DNA from: a virus
Strand: one strand, 5' to 3'
Virus record (IMG/VR): IMGVR_UViG_3300029486_000002
Location: 8,787-72,786 of that record
DNA: 64,000 nt
The notes under the pieces are model-generated. The model saw nothing but the letters and a program-made list of their open reading frames with translations, was not told the DNA's origin and ran no database searches. Positions within the stretch are counted from its first letter, which is position 1; every line of letters starts with the position of its first letter. Below are positions 37,961 through 48,390 of the stretch, one piece after another. The translations under genes were made by a program, and so were the position numbers.

Positions 37961-38608
37961 TTGCGTTTCACTCGCATTTCTTCCGTTTTTCTCGCTTATT
38001 CAAGAATAAACTTCCGCCCCAAGAGTCAAAGTCTTCAAACTCTTGTAATTCCTTAATAATCATGGATATTACATATAATCTAATCATCAAAAGTCCATAA
38101 ATCTACTAAAAAACACTACTACTATATATAAATTTCGCCAATTTTCTTTCTTTCCCCATTTTCAAAACTCCCCAACCCTAACAATATAGTTAGTAGCATT
38201 AACGCCTATGGCGTAAATAATTGACATTTAATAAGTTGTAGGATATAGGGAAAGGCAAGGCGATGCCGAAAAAACGCTATAAAATGCCTTATTTCTACTA
38301 TTCTTTATATTTTTTTTTGTTCTTTGCGCTCGTATAGATATATAAAAAATTACCCCATTTTTAAACTTTTAATTGATAAGTAGTGGAAAATCAGAAAGTT
38401 AAATCGCTTTTTGAAAAATTCATTGGGCGGTCACGAAGTGGATTTTGGGTGGACAGCAGAAGCGTTTTTTAAAATTACGAACTTTTCGTTTTTTGACATT
38501 TTTTGAAAAAATGGACTTGAAAACAAAAAACTGGACTTTTGAAGAATTAAAGTCCAAACATAACTAACGTAGGAAAAACGTAGCTAAAATATTGTTTATA
38601 TCAATTTT

Positions 38609-38626
38609 AATTATTAAATTTGCAAC
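38609..38626 (+). promoter_or_regulatory. promoter AATTATTAAATTTGCAAC (variant of the 5631/11603 18-mer)
   Basis: 17/18 identity with the other two copies; 35 nt upstream of the ATG at 38662. Confidence 0.5.
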
Positions 38627-38661
38627 CGATATGATAACCCAGTTATTTCTACTTATAAAAT

Positions 38662-39741
38662 ATGTTTGACGAGATATGCTCTATATATTCTGATGCGCTC
38701 GACAATGTAGGTCGGTATGTAGACCGTGAAACTGGTGAGTGCATTCAGCAAATGACTATCCGCGAGTTCTGCCTTACGGATCGTTGGAAACCCTATGTGC
38801 AGCACCTCCGCGCTATGCGCAAAGAGTATGGCAGTAAGGCGAAGAAAATGCAGGAGTACATCGACACTAAGAAGCATTTGCCAGGAGCTACATTGAGTGG
38901 CTTGTTCAGCATCTACGACGATGAGTGCATGCGTAAGGATGGGTCGAAGTTTATAGCTCCAGTCTCGCGTCGAGAAACTCATCTGAAGCAACACACTGGT
39001 TGGCTCGCCATCGACATAGACCTTGCGGACAACGCCCATCTGAGCAATTTTGAAAATGTGCGCTTCGCTTGCGGTTATCGTCCTGAAATAGCCTTGCTGA
39101 TGCGGTCGTGCTCCGGCAGCGGATATTTCGGTTTAGTAAAACTGGCTTATCCTGAACGGCACAAAGACCAGTTCAAAGCTCTACTCAAAGATTATGCAGC
39201 TATCGGCATTACGCTTGACAAGGCTTGCAGCAATATCGGACGTGTGCGTTTCGCTTCATGGGATGATTCTGAGCACATATATATAAATAAAAATGTGGTG
39301 CCGTATAAGGGACTGGAAGGTGAGCAAGCTCAGCTTGTCTCTTTGGCTTCACGCCAAGCGTATCGCTCGCACAATGCGAATGTAGAGTATAAAGCCGAAG
39401 GCAACTCTAACTTCTGGGAACAGCAGCGTGTGCAAGACAGATTGGTCGAGCTTATTGTGCAGGAACTTGTGGGCAACCATCGGAATATTACCGAGAGTTA
39501 TGACGACTGGGTGAAAGCGGGATGGGCATTGCGATCACATCCGTATGGTTTTGACTTATTCCACCAACTATCAAGATGCAGCTCCAAATATAATGAAGCG
39601 CAGACAAACCTGAAATGGCAGCAGTTGGGAAGCAGTCAGACCGTGACGTACAACTATCTCATTCATGCTTGTAAGGTGGCATTGGGAGAGGAAACATATC
39701 GTCAGATTTGTAGGCGAGTTTGGAGTGAGCTGAAGGAGTAA
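38662..39741 (+). CDS. hypothetical protein with a primase-like / VirE-N-like acidic motif
   Basis: WLAIDIDLAD (h-h-D-h-D) resembles primase-polymerase catalytic motifs; 359 aa; assignment weak. Confidence 0.4.
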   Translation: MFDEICSIYSDALDNVGRYVDRETGECIQQMTIREFCLTDRWKPYVQHLRAMRKEYGSKAKKMQEYIDTKKHLPGATLSGLFSIYDDECMRKDGSKFIAPVSRRETHLKQHTGWLAIDIDLADNAHLSNFENVRFACGYRPEIALLMRSCSGSGYFGLVKLAYPERHKDQFKALLKDYAAIGITLDKACSNIGRVRFASWDDSEHIYINKNVVPYKGLEGEQAQLVSLASRQAYRSHNANVEYKAEGNSNFWEQQRVQDRLVELIVQELVGNHRNITESYDDWVKAGWALRSHPYGFDLFHQLSRCSSKYNEAQTNLKWQQLGSSQTVTYNYLIHACKVALGEETYRQICRRVWSELKE

Positions 39742-39908
39742 AAATAAAGGGAAACGCCTTAAACACTTTACAAGTGTTAAACCGAAAACTCAAAAACGGC
39801 AAAAACGCCCACGTTTTCGCAAAAAATGAGGCTTACGTGTGTTTTACGGTGGTCTTATGATTCTATATTGATTGCTCAAATGTTAAAATTCAAACAAAAA
39901 AACAATAT

Positions 39909-40412
39909 ATGAAACTGATAACAATTACTGGTCCGAGTGGTGCTGGAAAGGACACTGTGGCTCGGATGCTGTCCGACTTGGGTGGATATAAAGTGTTGTG
40001 TTCTTATACCACACGTCCGAAGCGTGAAGGCGAGATTGATGGTGTGGAACATCATTTTGTGGAAAAATGCGACGTGCAGCACGACAAGATGTTAGCATAC
40101 ACCCAGTATGGTGGCTATGAGTATTGGACCACCATCGACCAGGTGACAGACAAGGCTGTTTACGTTATTGACGAGGACGGTCTGAGAGCCTTGTGTGAGA
40201 AATTCCCCAGCAGCGAGCTGTTCAAGGTTTGCGTGTCGGCATGGGAAGCAACCCGACTGCGCAGAGGGGTGTCGCAGGAACGTATGGATCGCGACAGACA
40301 GCGCAATCTTCTGCCCTTGTCATTCTACGATGCAGTAATCTTCAACAACGGCTCTCTCCCAAGTCTGTTCGACAAGGTGCAGCGACGAGTATTGTGTAAG
40401 CTTCAAAAATAA
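39909..40412 (+). CDS. guanylate kinase-like (d)NMP kinase
   Basis: P-loop GPSGAGKDT; TTRPKREGEIDGVEHHFV matches the guanylate kinase signature TTRxxRxGExdGxdYxFV. Confidence 0.65.
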   Translation: MKLITITGPSGAGKDTVARMLSDLGGYKVLCSYTTRPKREGEIDGVEHHFVEKCDVQHDKMLAYTQYGGYEYWTTIDQVTDKAVYVIDEDGLRALCEKFPSSELFKVCVSAWEATRLRRGVSQERMDRDRQRNLLPLSFYDAVIFNNGSLPSLFDKVQRRVLCKLQK

Positions 40413-40432
40413 TAAACTAAAATTTATCCATA

Positions 40433-41329
40433 ATGAAATTCATCGAACCACAAGTGGAATGGTGGCGCCAGACATCTCTTCCACGACATATAGCAAGAGT
40501 GGGCAGAATATGCTACAAGGCTAAGGGCAAGCAGCCCGAAGAAGGAATAACCGAAGAGAAAGTGGAAGCGTTCATTCAGAAGCGTGACGAAGAACGCTGC
40601 AAGGGGTTCTGGGAAAGCGGACACCGCTCGATGTATCGCCACGGCACAATATACTTTTTCATGCCCAACGAAAAGGGTCTTCCTAACTACATTTGGGCGT
40701 ATCTGAACGCTTCTCCCTACATCGACTATGCCACAAAGAACCATAAGGTATGGATCAGCACTAATATGCAGTTCATGCTTGAGAACAAAAACCTGATGGA
40801 CGCGCTTAGTCCGTATGGTATCAGCGAAGAAAAGTTTATTGAGAAGGCTCAGAAGTACGAGTGTGAGGAAGCATTCTCCATTATCCGAATGACGCTGGTA
40901 GTGACTACACAGATAAGCACATCGCGCGAGCTCAACCGCACATCGCCCAACAGCATAGCCGAGCAGAGCACACGCTATTGCAATCTGGAGAAGAAGGGTG
41001 GCGTACAGATAGCACGTCCGCATTGGTATTTTTATGGCACTCGTTGGCAGCGTATGGTGTATCGTTTTGTATGCCGAGTATGCGAGTGGGGCTACAACCG
41101 ACTTCTGAAGTCTGGATTGAAGCCGGAGGATGCACGAGGCGTTCTGCCTCTTGATACCTATACTGTTGTGGCATATACATACACGATTGCCGACTGGAAG
41201 CATATTCTTGACCTTCGTTATCATGGCAAGACCGGCACACCGCATCCTAATGCAAAAATTCTTGGCGAGAAAATACGCTACATCATCATTGTGCGTATGC
41301 GCCAGTATTGTGAGAAGTTTGACATTTAA
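40433..41329 (+). CDS. thyX: flavin-dependent thymidylate synthase ThyX-like
   Basis: ARGVLPLDTYTVVAYTYTIADWKHILDLRYHGKTGTPHPNAKILGEKI aligns with ThyX [46 protein letters not shown]; the STRY (SxRY) element is present but the RHR triplet is degenerate (NRT). Confidence 0.55.
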   Translation: MKFIEPQVEWWRQTSLPRHIARVGRICYKAKGKQPEEGITEEKVEAFIQKRDEERCKGFWESGHRSMYRHGTIYFFMPNEKGLPNYIWAYLNASPYIDYATKNHKVWISTNMQFMLENKNLMDALSPYGISEEKFIEKAQKYECEEAFSIIRMTLVVTTQISTSRELNRTSPNSIAEQSTRYCNLEKKGGVQIARPHWYFYGTRWQRMVYRFVCRVCEWGYNRLLKSGLKPEDARGVLPLDTYTVVAYTYTIADWKHILDLRYHGKTGTPHPNAKILGEKIRYIIIVRMRQYCEKFDI

Positions 41330-41352
41330 TCATCAATATAAACATATATATC

Positions 41353-41742
41353 ATGGCAAATTTAACTTTAAACGAATATCAGGACAAGGCAATGAGTACT
41401 TGTCTGCCTGAGAGTGACAATCTCTTCTATATGCTTGCCAATCTCGTAGGTGAGGTTGGCGAGTTTGCAAGCAAAGCCGGCAAGCACATGCGTAAGGGCA
41501 AGCTGCATATAACCACAACACAACGCGACGAGGAAGGCAAAATTCTGCATACGCAGGTGTGGAACGTCAGTGACGAGGAACGTCAGCTTATGCTTTCTGA
41601 AATCGGTGATATTCTCTGGCAGACTGCCGGACTCGCCAAAGTTATGGGTGTAACGCTCGAAGAAGTGGCAGAAGAAAATCTCGCAAAACTTGCCTCTCGC
41701 AAGCAGCGAAATGTAATTTCCGGCGAAGGAGATATGCGTTAG
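41353..41742 (+). CDS. mazG: MazG-family nucleotide pyrophosphohydrolase
   Basis: EVGEFASK and EIGDILWQTAGLAKVMG motifs. Confidence 0.7.
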   Translation: MANLTLNEYQDKAMSTCLPESDNLFYMLANLVGEVGEFASKAGKHMRKGKLHITTTQRDEEGKILHTQVWNVSDEERQLMLSEIGDILWQTAGLAKVMGVTLEEVAEENLAKLASRKQRNVISGEGDMR

Positions 41743-41783
41743 TTTTTGTTTGATAATCAACCTTATGATAAATAGCATAAATT

Positions 41784-42740
41784 ATGGCTAAATCAAATCC
41801 TATCAAAGCGAGAGAAGAACTTGTTAGCAACCAGCCCACTATTTACTCTTTCCATTTCAAGGATGTGCCCACAAGCAAGTATGCCGAGACCCTCGATGTG
41901 CTCTTTCACAATCCCGACTATAATGACGCTGTAGAGAAGCGCAACCGACTCGTAAAGTCGGTTGAACGTTTGCGTCCAGGTTCGAGCGAAATGGTGACCC
42001 TTGTGCGCACCATTCAGCAGCATGATCGCAAATTGGCAGACATCATGTATGCTTCCATCGTGCAGACAAACCTACATTCAGAGGTTAGCTATGATTTTCT
42101 TTCGTTCGGTACTTTGCTGAAGTATTATGTTGACTACAACAAGGACGGTATGCGTGAGCGTGTTGACCGCATGGCAGCCAATCTTGATAAGGTAACGTTC
42201 CTCGCCGATATGCTTGAGAGTGTTGTTACCGATGTTAAAGCCGATATGCGCGAAATATTCAACGATGGTATAGAGTTCAATCAGTTTGATGCTGTACTGA
42301 AGGTGCTTACTCAACTACGCGGATTCTTTAAGTCTGCCCGACGTGGTGATGCCGATTCGCCCGAAGCGCAGCTCTACTTCGACTACTCTGACTCTATCAA
42401 TGATTATCTTGAGAAGCGGCTGAAGACCTATACCGACAAGTATCGCAAACTGCATCCGGTTGCGCAAGTTTACACTGAAGCCGACCTTGTAGAAGGTCTT
42501 AACCAGTTCTTTGGTCGTAACGACAAGTTCGACATGAGCGTTATCGCTCATACCGAGTCTGGAGGCTGCTATATTGACTTTGCACAGCTCTGCCTCCGTC
42601 TTAGTCGTAACGACATTGAGAAGATAGAAAAAGTGACCGGCAAGATGCAGTCTAACAACATGACCGATGTTGCATTGCGCTACAGCTTCAATACCACTGA
42701 TTTAATTATGAGCCAATATAAACGGCCAAAACTAAAATAA
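41784..42740 (+). CDS. hypothetical protein (318 aa)
   Basis: ORF track. Confidence 0.5.
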   Translation: MAKSNPIKAREELVSNQPTIYSFHFKDVPTSKYAETLDVLFHNPDYNDAVEKRNRLVKSVERLRPGSSEMVTLVRTIQQHDRKLADIMYASIVQTNLHSEVSYDFLSFGTLLKYYVDYNKDGMRERVDRMAANLDKVTFLADMLESVVTDVKADMREIFNDGIEFNQFDAVLKVLTQLRGFFKSARRGDADSPEAQLYFDYSDSINDYLEKRLKTYTDKYRKLHPVAQVYTEADLVEGLNQFFGRNDKFDMSVIAHTESGGCYIDFAQLCLRLSRNDIEKIEKVTGKMQSNNMTDVALRYSFNTTDLIMSQYKRPKLK

Positions 42741-42748
42741 TAACCGTT

Positions 42749-43480
42749 ATGTCTAACATTTACCTTCGCCTACCTACCAGTCGTTGCCAGTTCTTCCGTA
42801 ATCGCGACCCCAAGCATGTGCTTGCCAAGGATGAGCCGTTGGTGTTTAGTGTCTATACGCATGAGCATTTTATCCTCCGTCATTATATTACGAACACAAC
42901 GGAACAATCTCGTTCGCTTGATCCTCAATGTTTTTCGCACCAGCAATGGCGTAACATGATGGCGGGGCGGCATCCCAATGGTGGAACTTCAATATTGCTT
43001 CGTGATAATCAAAACTATCTTTCTTTTGACGAAGTGCAACGTATTTTTGGCTATCGTGATTACAATAAAAGTGAAGATATGGACTATATCTGTATTCGTT
43101 TGCCCTACGAAGTAGAGGTTGTTGATGTCGTAAAGCAAGTTACATCGACGTGGAATCTCACTAAGGAAGGTGTGTGGCAACTCAAAGCTGCGCTTAACAA
43201 TGAATTTAAGCGCAGCCTTATAGAGTGGGCCATGTCTACTTTTGACTATTGCATCTCCAACAATCGTATTATCTGTCGTAAGCACGTAGCTATGCTTGAA
43301 CGCTTCCTAATGCGTTACGGTATTGACCCTACCGAGCAAGAGAAAAACAATATGAGGCGCGTCATTGATCGTTGGTTTGCTACGGAGCACAAGAATTTCA
43401 AGGCTTATTCTTGTGCTGATATGCAGTTCATAGACGAGAGTGAGCGCACAGTCTCGTTCGAGAGAATAGAATGGGAATAA
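42749..43480 (+). CDS. hypothetical protein (243 aa)
   Basis: ORF track. Confidence 0.5.
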   Translation: MSNIYLRLPTSRCQFFRNRDPKHVLAKDEPLVFSVYTHEHFILRHYITNTTEQSRSLDPQCFSHQQWRNMMAGRHPNGGTSILLRDNQNYLSFDEVQRIFGYRDYNKSEDMDYICIRLPYEVEVVDVVKQVTSTWNLTKEGVWQLKAALNNEFKRSLIEWAMSTFDYCISNNRIICRKHVAMLERFLMRYGIDPTEQEKNNMRRVIDRWFATEHKNFKAYSCADMQFIDESERTVSFERIEWE

Positions 43481-43551
43481 CGTTTCTATGTGAACAACCG
43501 TTAAATGATTTTATAAATTAAGTTAAAAAAACAACCCTTTTTAAAAAGTAA

Positions 43552-44046
43552 ATGGAATTGTCAAATAAATGCAAAGAATTGTTCCTTGATGGCATTACCG
43601 ATGTAATGTTTTACCCAAGGGAAGAGTGTGTTATACCGATACCCTTCAGTATGGCACAAGTGTTATATATTAATAATTGTAGTTTCCCTGCCGAGCCAAC
43701 TTTACGCTTGGCTACGAGTGGCGAAAACTACGTTATTGTAGAGAATCTTAAAGTGAAGATGACGTCCGCCAAACAGGGCAATGGCACTATATATACATAT
43801 AATATTAGTGCAAATGTGGCAAATGGAGGCGAAAATGTGGCTGAAGCGTACCGAAATATGCGTGATAAGGAGTATTACGTGGTATTGCGCAAGATGGACG
43901 GTTCGTTGCAGTTGTGCTACACCTTGCCCCATACATTCGACATAAGTAGCACCACAGACCATAGTCAGACTGAGTTGGCGCGAACCGTCACTGCCACCAC
44001 ACAAGCCCTGTCGGAGCCGATACCTATCACACTTCGAGACGCATAG
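43552..44046 (+). CDS. hypothetical protein (164 aa)
   Basis: ORF track. Confidence 0.5.
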   Translation: MELSNKCKELFLDGITDVMFYPREECVIPIPFSMAQVLYINNCSFPAEPTLRLATSGENYVIVENLKVKMTSAKQGNGTIYTYNISANVANGGENVAEAYRNMRDKEYYVVLRKMDGSLQLCYTLPHTFDISSTTDHSQTELARTVTATTQALSEPIPITLRDA

Positions 44047-44093
44047 TATTTTAGACCATTTTTCAATGCCTTAGATTATATATTACGTCGTTG

Positions 44094-44118
44094 TCCGCGA
44101 GGATAGCGGCGTTTTTTT
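44094..44118 (+). terminator. hairpin TCCGCGAGGATAGCGG + T7 run
   Basis: CCGC/GCGG stem with a GAGGATA loop followed by TTTTTTT; same 16-mer as at 498-513. Confidence 0.45.
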
Positions 44119-44166
44119 GTCCTAAATATTACCGAAGCAGCCTTTAATTTTGCATACGGATAACAC

Positions 44167-44240
44167 AGCGGAGTGGTAGCAGTTGGTAGCTCACTTGGTT
44201 CATACCCAAGAGGTCGAAGGTTCGAGCCCTTCCTCCGCAA
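44167..44240 (+). tRNA. tRNA-Met (anticodon CAT; could alternatively be a lysidine-modified Ile2)
   Basis: Anticodon arm CTTGG-TTCATAC-CCAAG; T arm GAAGG-TTCGAGC-CCTTC; acceptor 6 bp + A1.A72 mismatch; 74 nt; D-arm pairing is weak. Confidence 0.7.
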
Positions 44241-44301
44241 CATGGTCAGTCGGTAACAAGATTGATTTTTCAGGATAACAACACAAAACACATTTTTACT
44301 A

Positions 44302-45990
44302 ATGAAAGGCTTATTTGAAATACTCACCGGAAAGAAGTGGATGGTTAGTCCCGACTTCGTGCATGGTATTCGCAAGTCGCTTGAGCACAACCTAAACACT
44401 CATGCGGCTTTCAGCAAGCCGGAGAAGAGCTGTGGATATGTCACCGCAGAGGATGCCGAGGGCAACACCTACTATCCAGAGGAATATCAGATTTCGGAGG
44501 ATGGCAAGCAGGTGAGAGGCAACTGGACTTTGGACCTTCCTGATGACGACGAGCACGCACAGAACTTCCCCTTCGTTTCGGTACTTTCCGTTGACGGTCC
44601 TATCACTCGCAACGGCGGCTATTGCTCGTATGGCTCTATCGACCACCGCGACATGATGATGCGAGCTGCCGACCATCCTCTTTGTCGTGGTCACGTTTTC
44701 GTCATCAATACTCCCGGCGGTTCGGCATGGGCAAAAAACGACTATGCTCTTGCCATTGACTATGCTCACTCAAAAGGTCAGAAGGTGATTGCTTTGGTTG
44801 ATGGTTTGTGTGCCTCGGCAGGAATGTATCTCGCTTCTCTTTGCGATGAGCGCTATTACATGAACCCCAAAGATCAGGTCGGTTGTATCGGCGTAATGGC
44901 AGCGTTCTACACTTTGCCCGATGGAGCGAAAGACGAGTACACCGACGAGACCTACCATGAGCTTTATGACCCCGAGTCATTTGACAAGAACAAGGCTTAT
45001 CGCGACATTGCCAATAAGGATGATGACAAGGAGCTTATCAAAGAACTTGCCGATCTTGGCGTTGAGTTTCGCGCCGATGTCAAAAAAGCTTGCCCTAACG
45101 CAAAGGACGAACACCTGAAAGGCAAAGTGTTCAATGCAGAGGACGTGAAGGGCATTTTGATGGACGGTCAGTCGTCATTTATGGGAGTAGTGCAACACGC
45201 CTTTGAACTTTATGATGGCAGAGCCGAACTCATCAACCGTGAGCAGGCAGTTGAGCCACAGAACGAGCCGGAGATTGAGCCGGAGTCAGAGGAACCGGAA
45301 GCAACCAATACAAATACTAATATCAATATGGAGAAATATCCTCTTATTTGCAACGCTTGCGGATTGCAGGCTGGCGAGATTGCCGTTACGGAAGAGGGCG
45401 CGTATATGAACGCCTCGCTTCTTGACTCTCTCGAAGCCCACATGAAAGAAGCTGAGCAGAAGGTGACTAACGCAGAGCAGAAAGTCACCACAGCGGAGAA
45501 CGCTCTCGCAGAATTGCAGGGCAAGTTTGATGAAATCTCCGCTCAAGTAAACGCAGCCAACGAAGCAAAGGAAGTCGCGGAGACCGCACTCGCCCAGGCT
45601 AACGAGGCTCACAGTACAGAACTAAGCGACCTTAACGCGCAGCACACCGATGCTCTTGCCAAAAAGGACGACGAGCTGAAAGCTCTCGCCAAGGCAAAGG
45701 ACAAAGAGATTGCCCAGCTCACAGCCGACAAGACTGATGCCGAGGCAAACCTTCAGACCGCTAAGGACGCGCTTGCTACAGCCGAGCAGACCATTGCCGA
45801 CAAGCAGGCTCAGATTGCCGCGCTCACCAATGAGGCTGGCGAAGAGCTAAACAGCGGCGAGGCTCCTGAGAACAATGGCGAGGGTGTGAAAACTCCGCAG
45901 CTGCGTACCTTTGATGGCAGCAAGTACAAGACCAACGTTGAGCGAAAGGCTGCTTTCCAGCGCTTCCTGCATGGCGAGGAAGAGAAATAA
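44302..45990 (+). CDS. prohead protease (S49/ClpP-like) fused to a coiled-coil scaffold domain
   Basis: INTPGGSAW (NxPGG motif) and the Ser nucleophile context GLCASAGMYLA; C-terminal about 200 aa of heptad repeats (AEQKVTNAEQKVTTAENALAELQ...). Confidence 0.7.
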   Translation: MKGLFEILTGKKWMVSPDFVHGIRKSLEHNLNTHAAFSKPEKSCGYVTAEDAEGNTYYPEEYQISEDGKQVRGNWTLDLPDDDEHAQNFPFVSVLSVDGPITRNGGYCSYGSIDHRDMMMRAADHPLCRGHVFVINTPGGSAWAKNDYALAIDYAHSKGQKVIALVDGLCASAGMYLASLCDERYYMNPKDQVGCIGVMAAFYTLPDGAKDEYTDETYHELYDPESFDKNKAYRDIANKDDDKELIKELADLGVEFRADVKKACPNAKDEHLKGKVFNAEDVKGILMDGQSSFMGVVQHAFELYDGRAELINREQAVEPQNEPEIEPESEEPEATNTNTNINMEKYPLICNACGLQAGEIAVTEEGAYMNASLLDSLEAHMKEAEQKVTNAEQKVTTAENALAELQGKFDEISAQVNAANEAKEVAETALAQANEAHSTELSDLNAQHTDALAKKDDELKALAKAKDKEIAQLTADKTDAEANLQTAKDALATAEQTIADKQAQIAALTNEAGEELNSGEAPENNGEGVKTPQLRTFDGSKYKTNVERKAAFQRFLHGEEEK

Positions 45991-46049
45991 AAACTCTCAA
46001 CCAACACAAACAACAAAAACATTAACAAAGACACAAAAACACAACAATT

Positions 46050-47342
46050 ATGGCAAATTTACCTAAAGATTTTATCGGCCTTGACGCGCTTCAGCACGTA
46101 GCCGAGGAGGTTTCTAAGGAAATTGTAATGGGTCCGGGCTATTCGGATGCAGAAGAGATGGATCGCCTTGGTATCGAAATCGTTACTGGTGTTAAGTTCC
46201 AGCGCACTTTCCATTTGTTCATCCGTAAGGGTGGCACCACACGTCGTAAGGACGTTCACCGCAAGATCGACAGCGAGGCTGGTTTCCTGAAAGAGCGCCC
46301 CCTTGTTGCCAAGCTCTCTTGGGATAAGTTTCCTGGCAACATCGACGACTTCTGTGAGACAGTATTCGGCACCGACGCTCAGGGTCAGTTCCCTCTCTCT
46401 TCACAGGCTGTAGAGGCAATCCTCAAGGACTATGCCGACAACCTCGCAGCTAACTTGTGGTTTGGCGACATTTCGCTCGACAATGGTGACGATAGTGTTC
46501 CTGCCCATGATCAGGCAATGGCGCTCTACGACGGTTTCCACACCTGCATCAAGCACGACATCGAGGATGGCCTTATTTCAGAGGCTAACGGCAACCTCGT
46601 TCCTTGTGAGGCTATCTCCGCTCCAGCTAACAACGACGACTCTGCGCCTTACGACAACTTCTTGGCTTGGCACATGAAGTGGGATGAGCGTCTGCGCAAG
46701 GTTCCTACACGTGTCTACATGAACGAGACCACAGCTATGAACATCGCTGCCGGTTATGCCAACAAGTTCCATGGCAACTTCCGGGTAGACTACAATCAGG
46801 GCGACAACTTCAAGTTGCCTGGACTCTCAAAGGTTACTATCTGTCCTATCTCAGGCTTCGGCGAGGGCGACCGTATGTACGCTACCATCGACAAGAACTT
46901 TGTTTATGGCGTTGACACCTTGAGCAACCAGCAGTACGTAAGTGTTCGCCTCGGTTCTGACCGAGACCACAGAGACCTGTCTTTCCAGATTCAGAGCATA
47001 CAGGGATGCGGTACGAGATCTTTCTTGCGTAGCGCCCTATGCGTCAGCGACGGTCCGCTCGTTGCTCCTGAGTATGTTGCCGGCGACTACGATAACACTA
47101 TGCTCGTGATTACCCTTGCTGGTACTGACGGTCAGAAACCAGACGGTACAGTAAAGGTAAATGGCACAGGTTACACCAAGCCGCTTGAAACTGCGCCTAA
47201 TCAGATTCTCTCTCTTGAGGCAGTCGATGGTACTACCTATAAGTTTGCAGGTTGGAGCAACGGCAAGACCGAGAAGAAGATTCAGCTCACCGCCACCGGC
47301 ATGAACATGGGCTTGACAGCTTTCTTCAAGAAGAACGGTTAA
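46050..47342 (+). CDS. major capsid protein candidate with a C-terminal Ig-like (Bacteroidetes Big/Flg_new-like) domain
   Basis: Directly downstream of the protease-scaffold gene; 430 aa; the C-terminal TYKFAGWSNG pattern. Confidence 0.6.
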   Translation: MANLPKDFIGLDALQHVAEEVSKEIVMGPGYSDAEEMDRLGIEIVTGVKFQRTFHLFIRKGGTTRRKDVHRKIDSEAGFLKERPLVAKLSWDKFPGNIDDFCETVFGTDAQGQFPLSSQAVEAILKDYADNLAANLWFGDISLDNGDDSVPAHDQAMALYDGFHTCIKHDIEDGLISEANGNLVPCEAISAPANNDDSAPYDNFLAWHMKWDERLRKVPTRVYMNETTAMNIAAGYANKFHGNFRVDYNQGDNFKLPGLSKVTICPISGFGEGDRMYATIDKNFVYGVDTLSNQQYVSVRLGSDRDHRDLSFQIQSIQGCGTRSFLRSALCVSDGPLVAPEYVAGDYDNTMLVITLAGTDGQKPDGTVKVNGTGYTKPLETAPNQILSLEAVDGTTYKFAGWSNGKTEKKIQLTATGMNMGLTAFFKKNG

Positions 47343-47468
47343 TACCTAACGGAGTTTCTTTCACTCTATATTTTCACGGGCGACGGTCGTGGCTGACCTG
47401 ACGGAACATGCTTACCCGCCGCCCTTCTTTTAAACAATACATTCAACAACACAAAAACTCATAAGAAT

Positions 47469-48032
47469 ATGGCAGTAACAGCAACATGTCCTGAGATTAA
47501 GGATATTCTCGCCGCTAATGAATGCTTAGAGAACTTTGGCGGCCTTGGCTTCAATGTGTATGCTTTCAACAAAGGCGACCTCAAGGCTCCTTTGAAAGCA
47601 GAAAAGAACGTTTATCCTGCTCTGACCGCCGAGTCGTTCAACACTGGCAAGGGTCTCTACAAATTTGAATGCAAAGAAAGTAGTCAGGGACACACTTTCG
47701 AGAGCCTTGGTCGCAGAAAAGGTTTCAAGCAGCAGCTTGATTACGTGCTTGAGAGCGTAAACGCAGAGTCTGCAGAATTGGCTCGCGCCCTGAACAACCT
47801 TGACCTTGGTTATATTATCCAGGATGGCGAGAAGAGTATTATCGTGTACGACCCTCAGCACAAGTTTGAGTATGCTTCGGGTGGCATTAAGGGCGACACG
47901 GGCAAGAAGGCCGACGACGACCGTCAGGTGGAACTGTCCGGCTCTCTGCAACCCTGTACATACGGACGTTACGAGATTACAGAGCCTGAGACCGGCGGTT
48001 GGGACTCGCTTCTCGCGTCAAAAAAAGGGTAA
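47469..48032 (+). CDS. hypothetical structural-module protein (187 aa)
   Basis: ORF track; follows the capsid gene. Confidence 0.45.
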   Translation: MAVTATCPEIKDILAANECLENFGGLGFNVYAFNKGDLKAPLKAEKNVYPALTAESFNTGKGLYKFECKESSQGHTFESLGRRKGFKQQLDYVLESVNAESAELARALNNLDLGYIIQDGEKSIIVYDPQHKFEYASGGIKGDTGKKADDDRQVELSGSLQPCTYGRYEITEPETGGWDSLLASKKG

Positions 48033-48183
48033 GCGATATTGACGCACAGAGCGAAAGCAATATCGCTAAGGAAGTGTTCGACGATGCCGACTCTTCTTTC
48101 TTCAGCACAAGTGAAGAAGGAACGACGGCAAAGAAGAGCAAGAAATAATCGCTCATACGAGAAAGATTTTTTCGTCATACGAC

Positions 48184-48237
48184 AAATCCCTGCATCTATC
48201 CTTTATCTACAAAAGGTATGGATGCAGGGATTTTTAT
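48184..48237 (+). terminator. terminator AAATCCCTGCATC...GATGCAGGGATTT + T-run
   Basis: 13-bp perfect stem then TTTTTATTAT. Confidence 0.6.
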
Positions 48238-48319
48238 TATATATATTAGTATTCTGATAAATTTATACTAAAATTAGCGTTTTTAATACAAAATATAATC
48301 TAAATTAGATAATTATCTT

Positions 48320-48331
48320 TAATTTTGCAAT
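48320..48331 (+). promoter_or_regulatory. promoter-like TAATTTTGCAAT upstream of the LysR gene
   Basis: TAnnTTTG box about 60 nt upstream of the ATG at 48391. Confidence 0.4.
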
Positions 48332-48390
48332 TAGAAAAGCTTCTTTGATTACATTGTTGTAAACGTAGAATAACTAAAAATATAGGTTTT

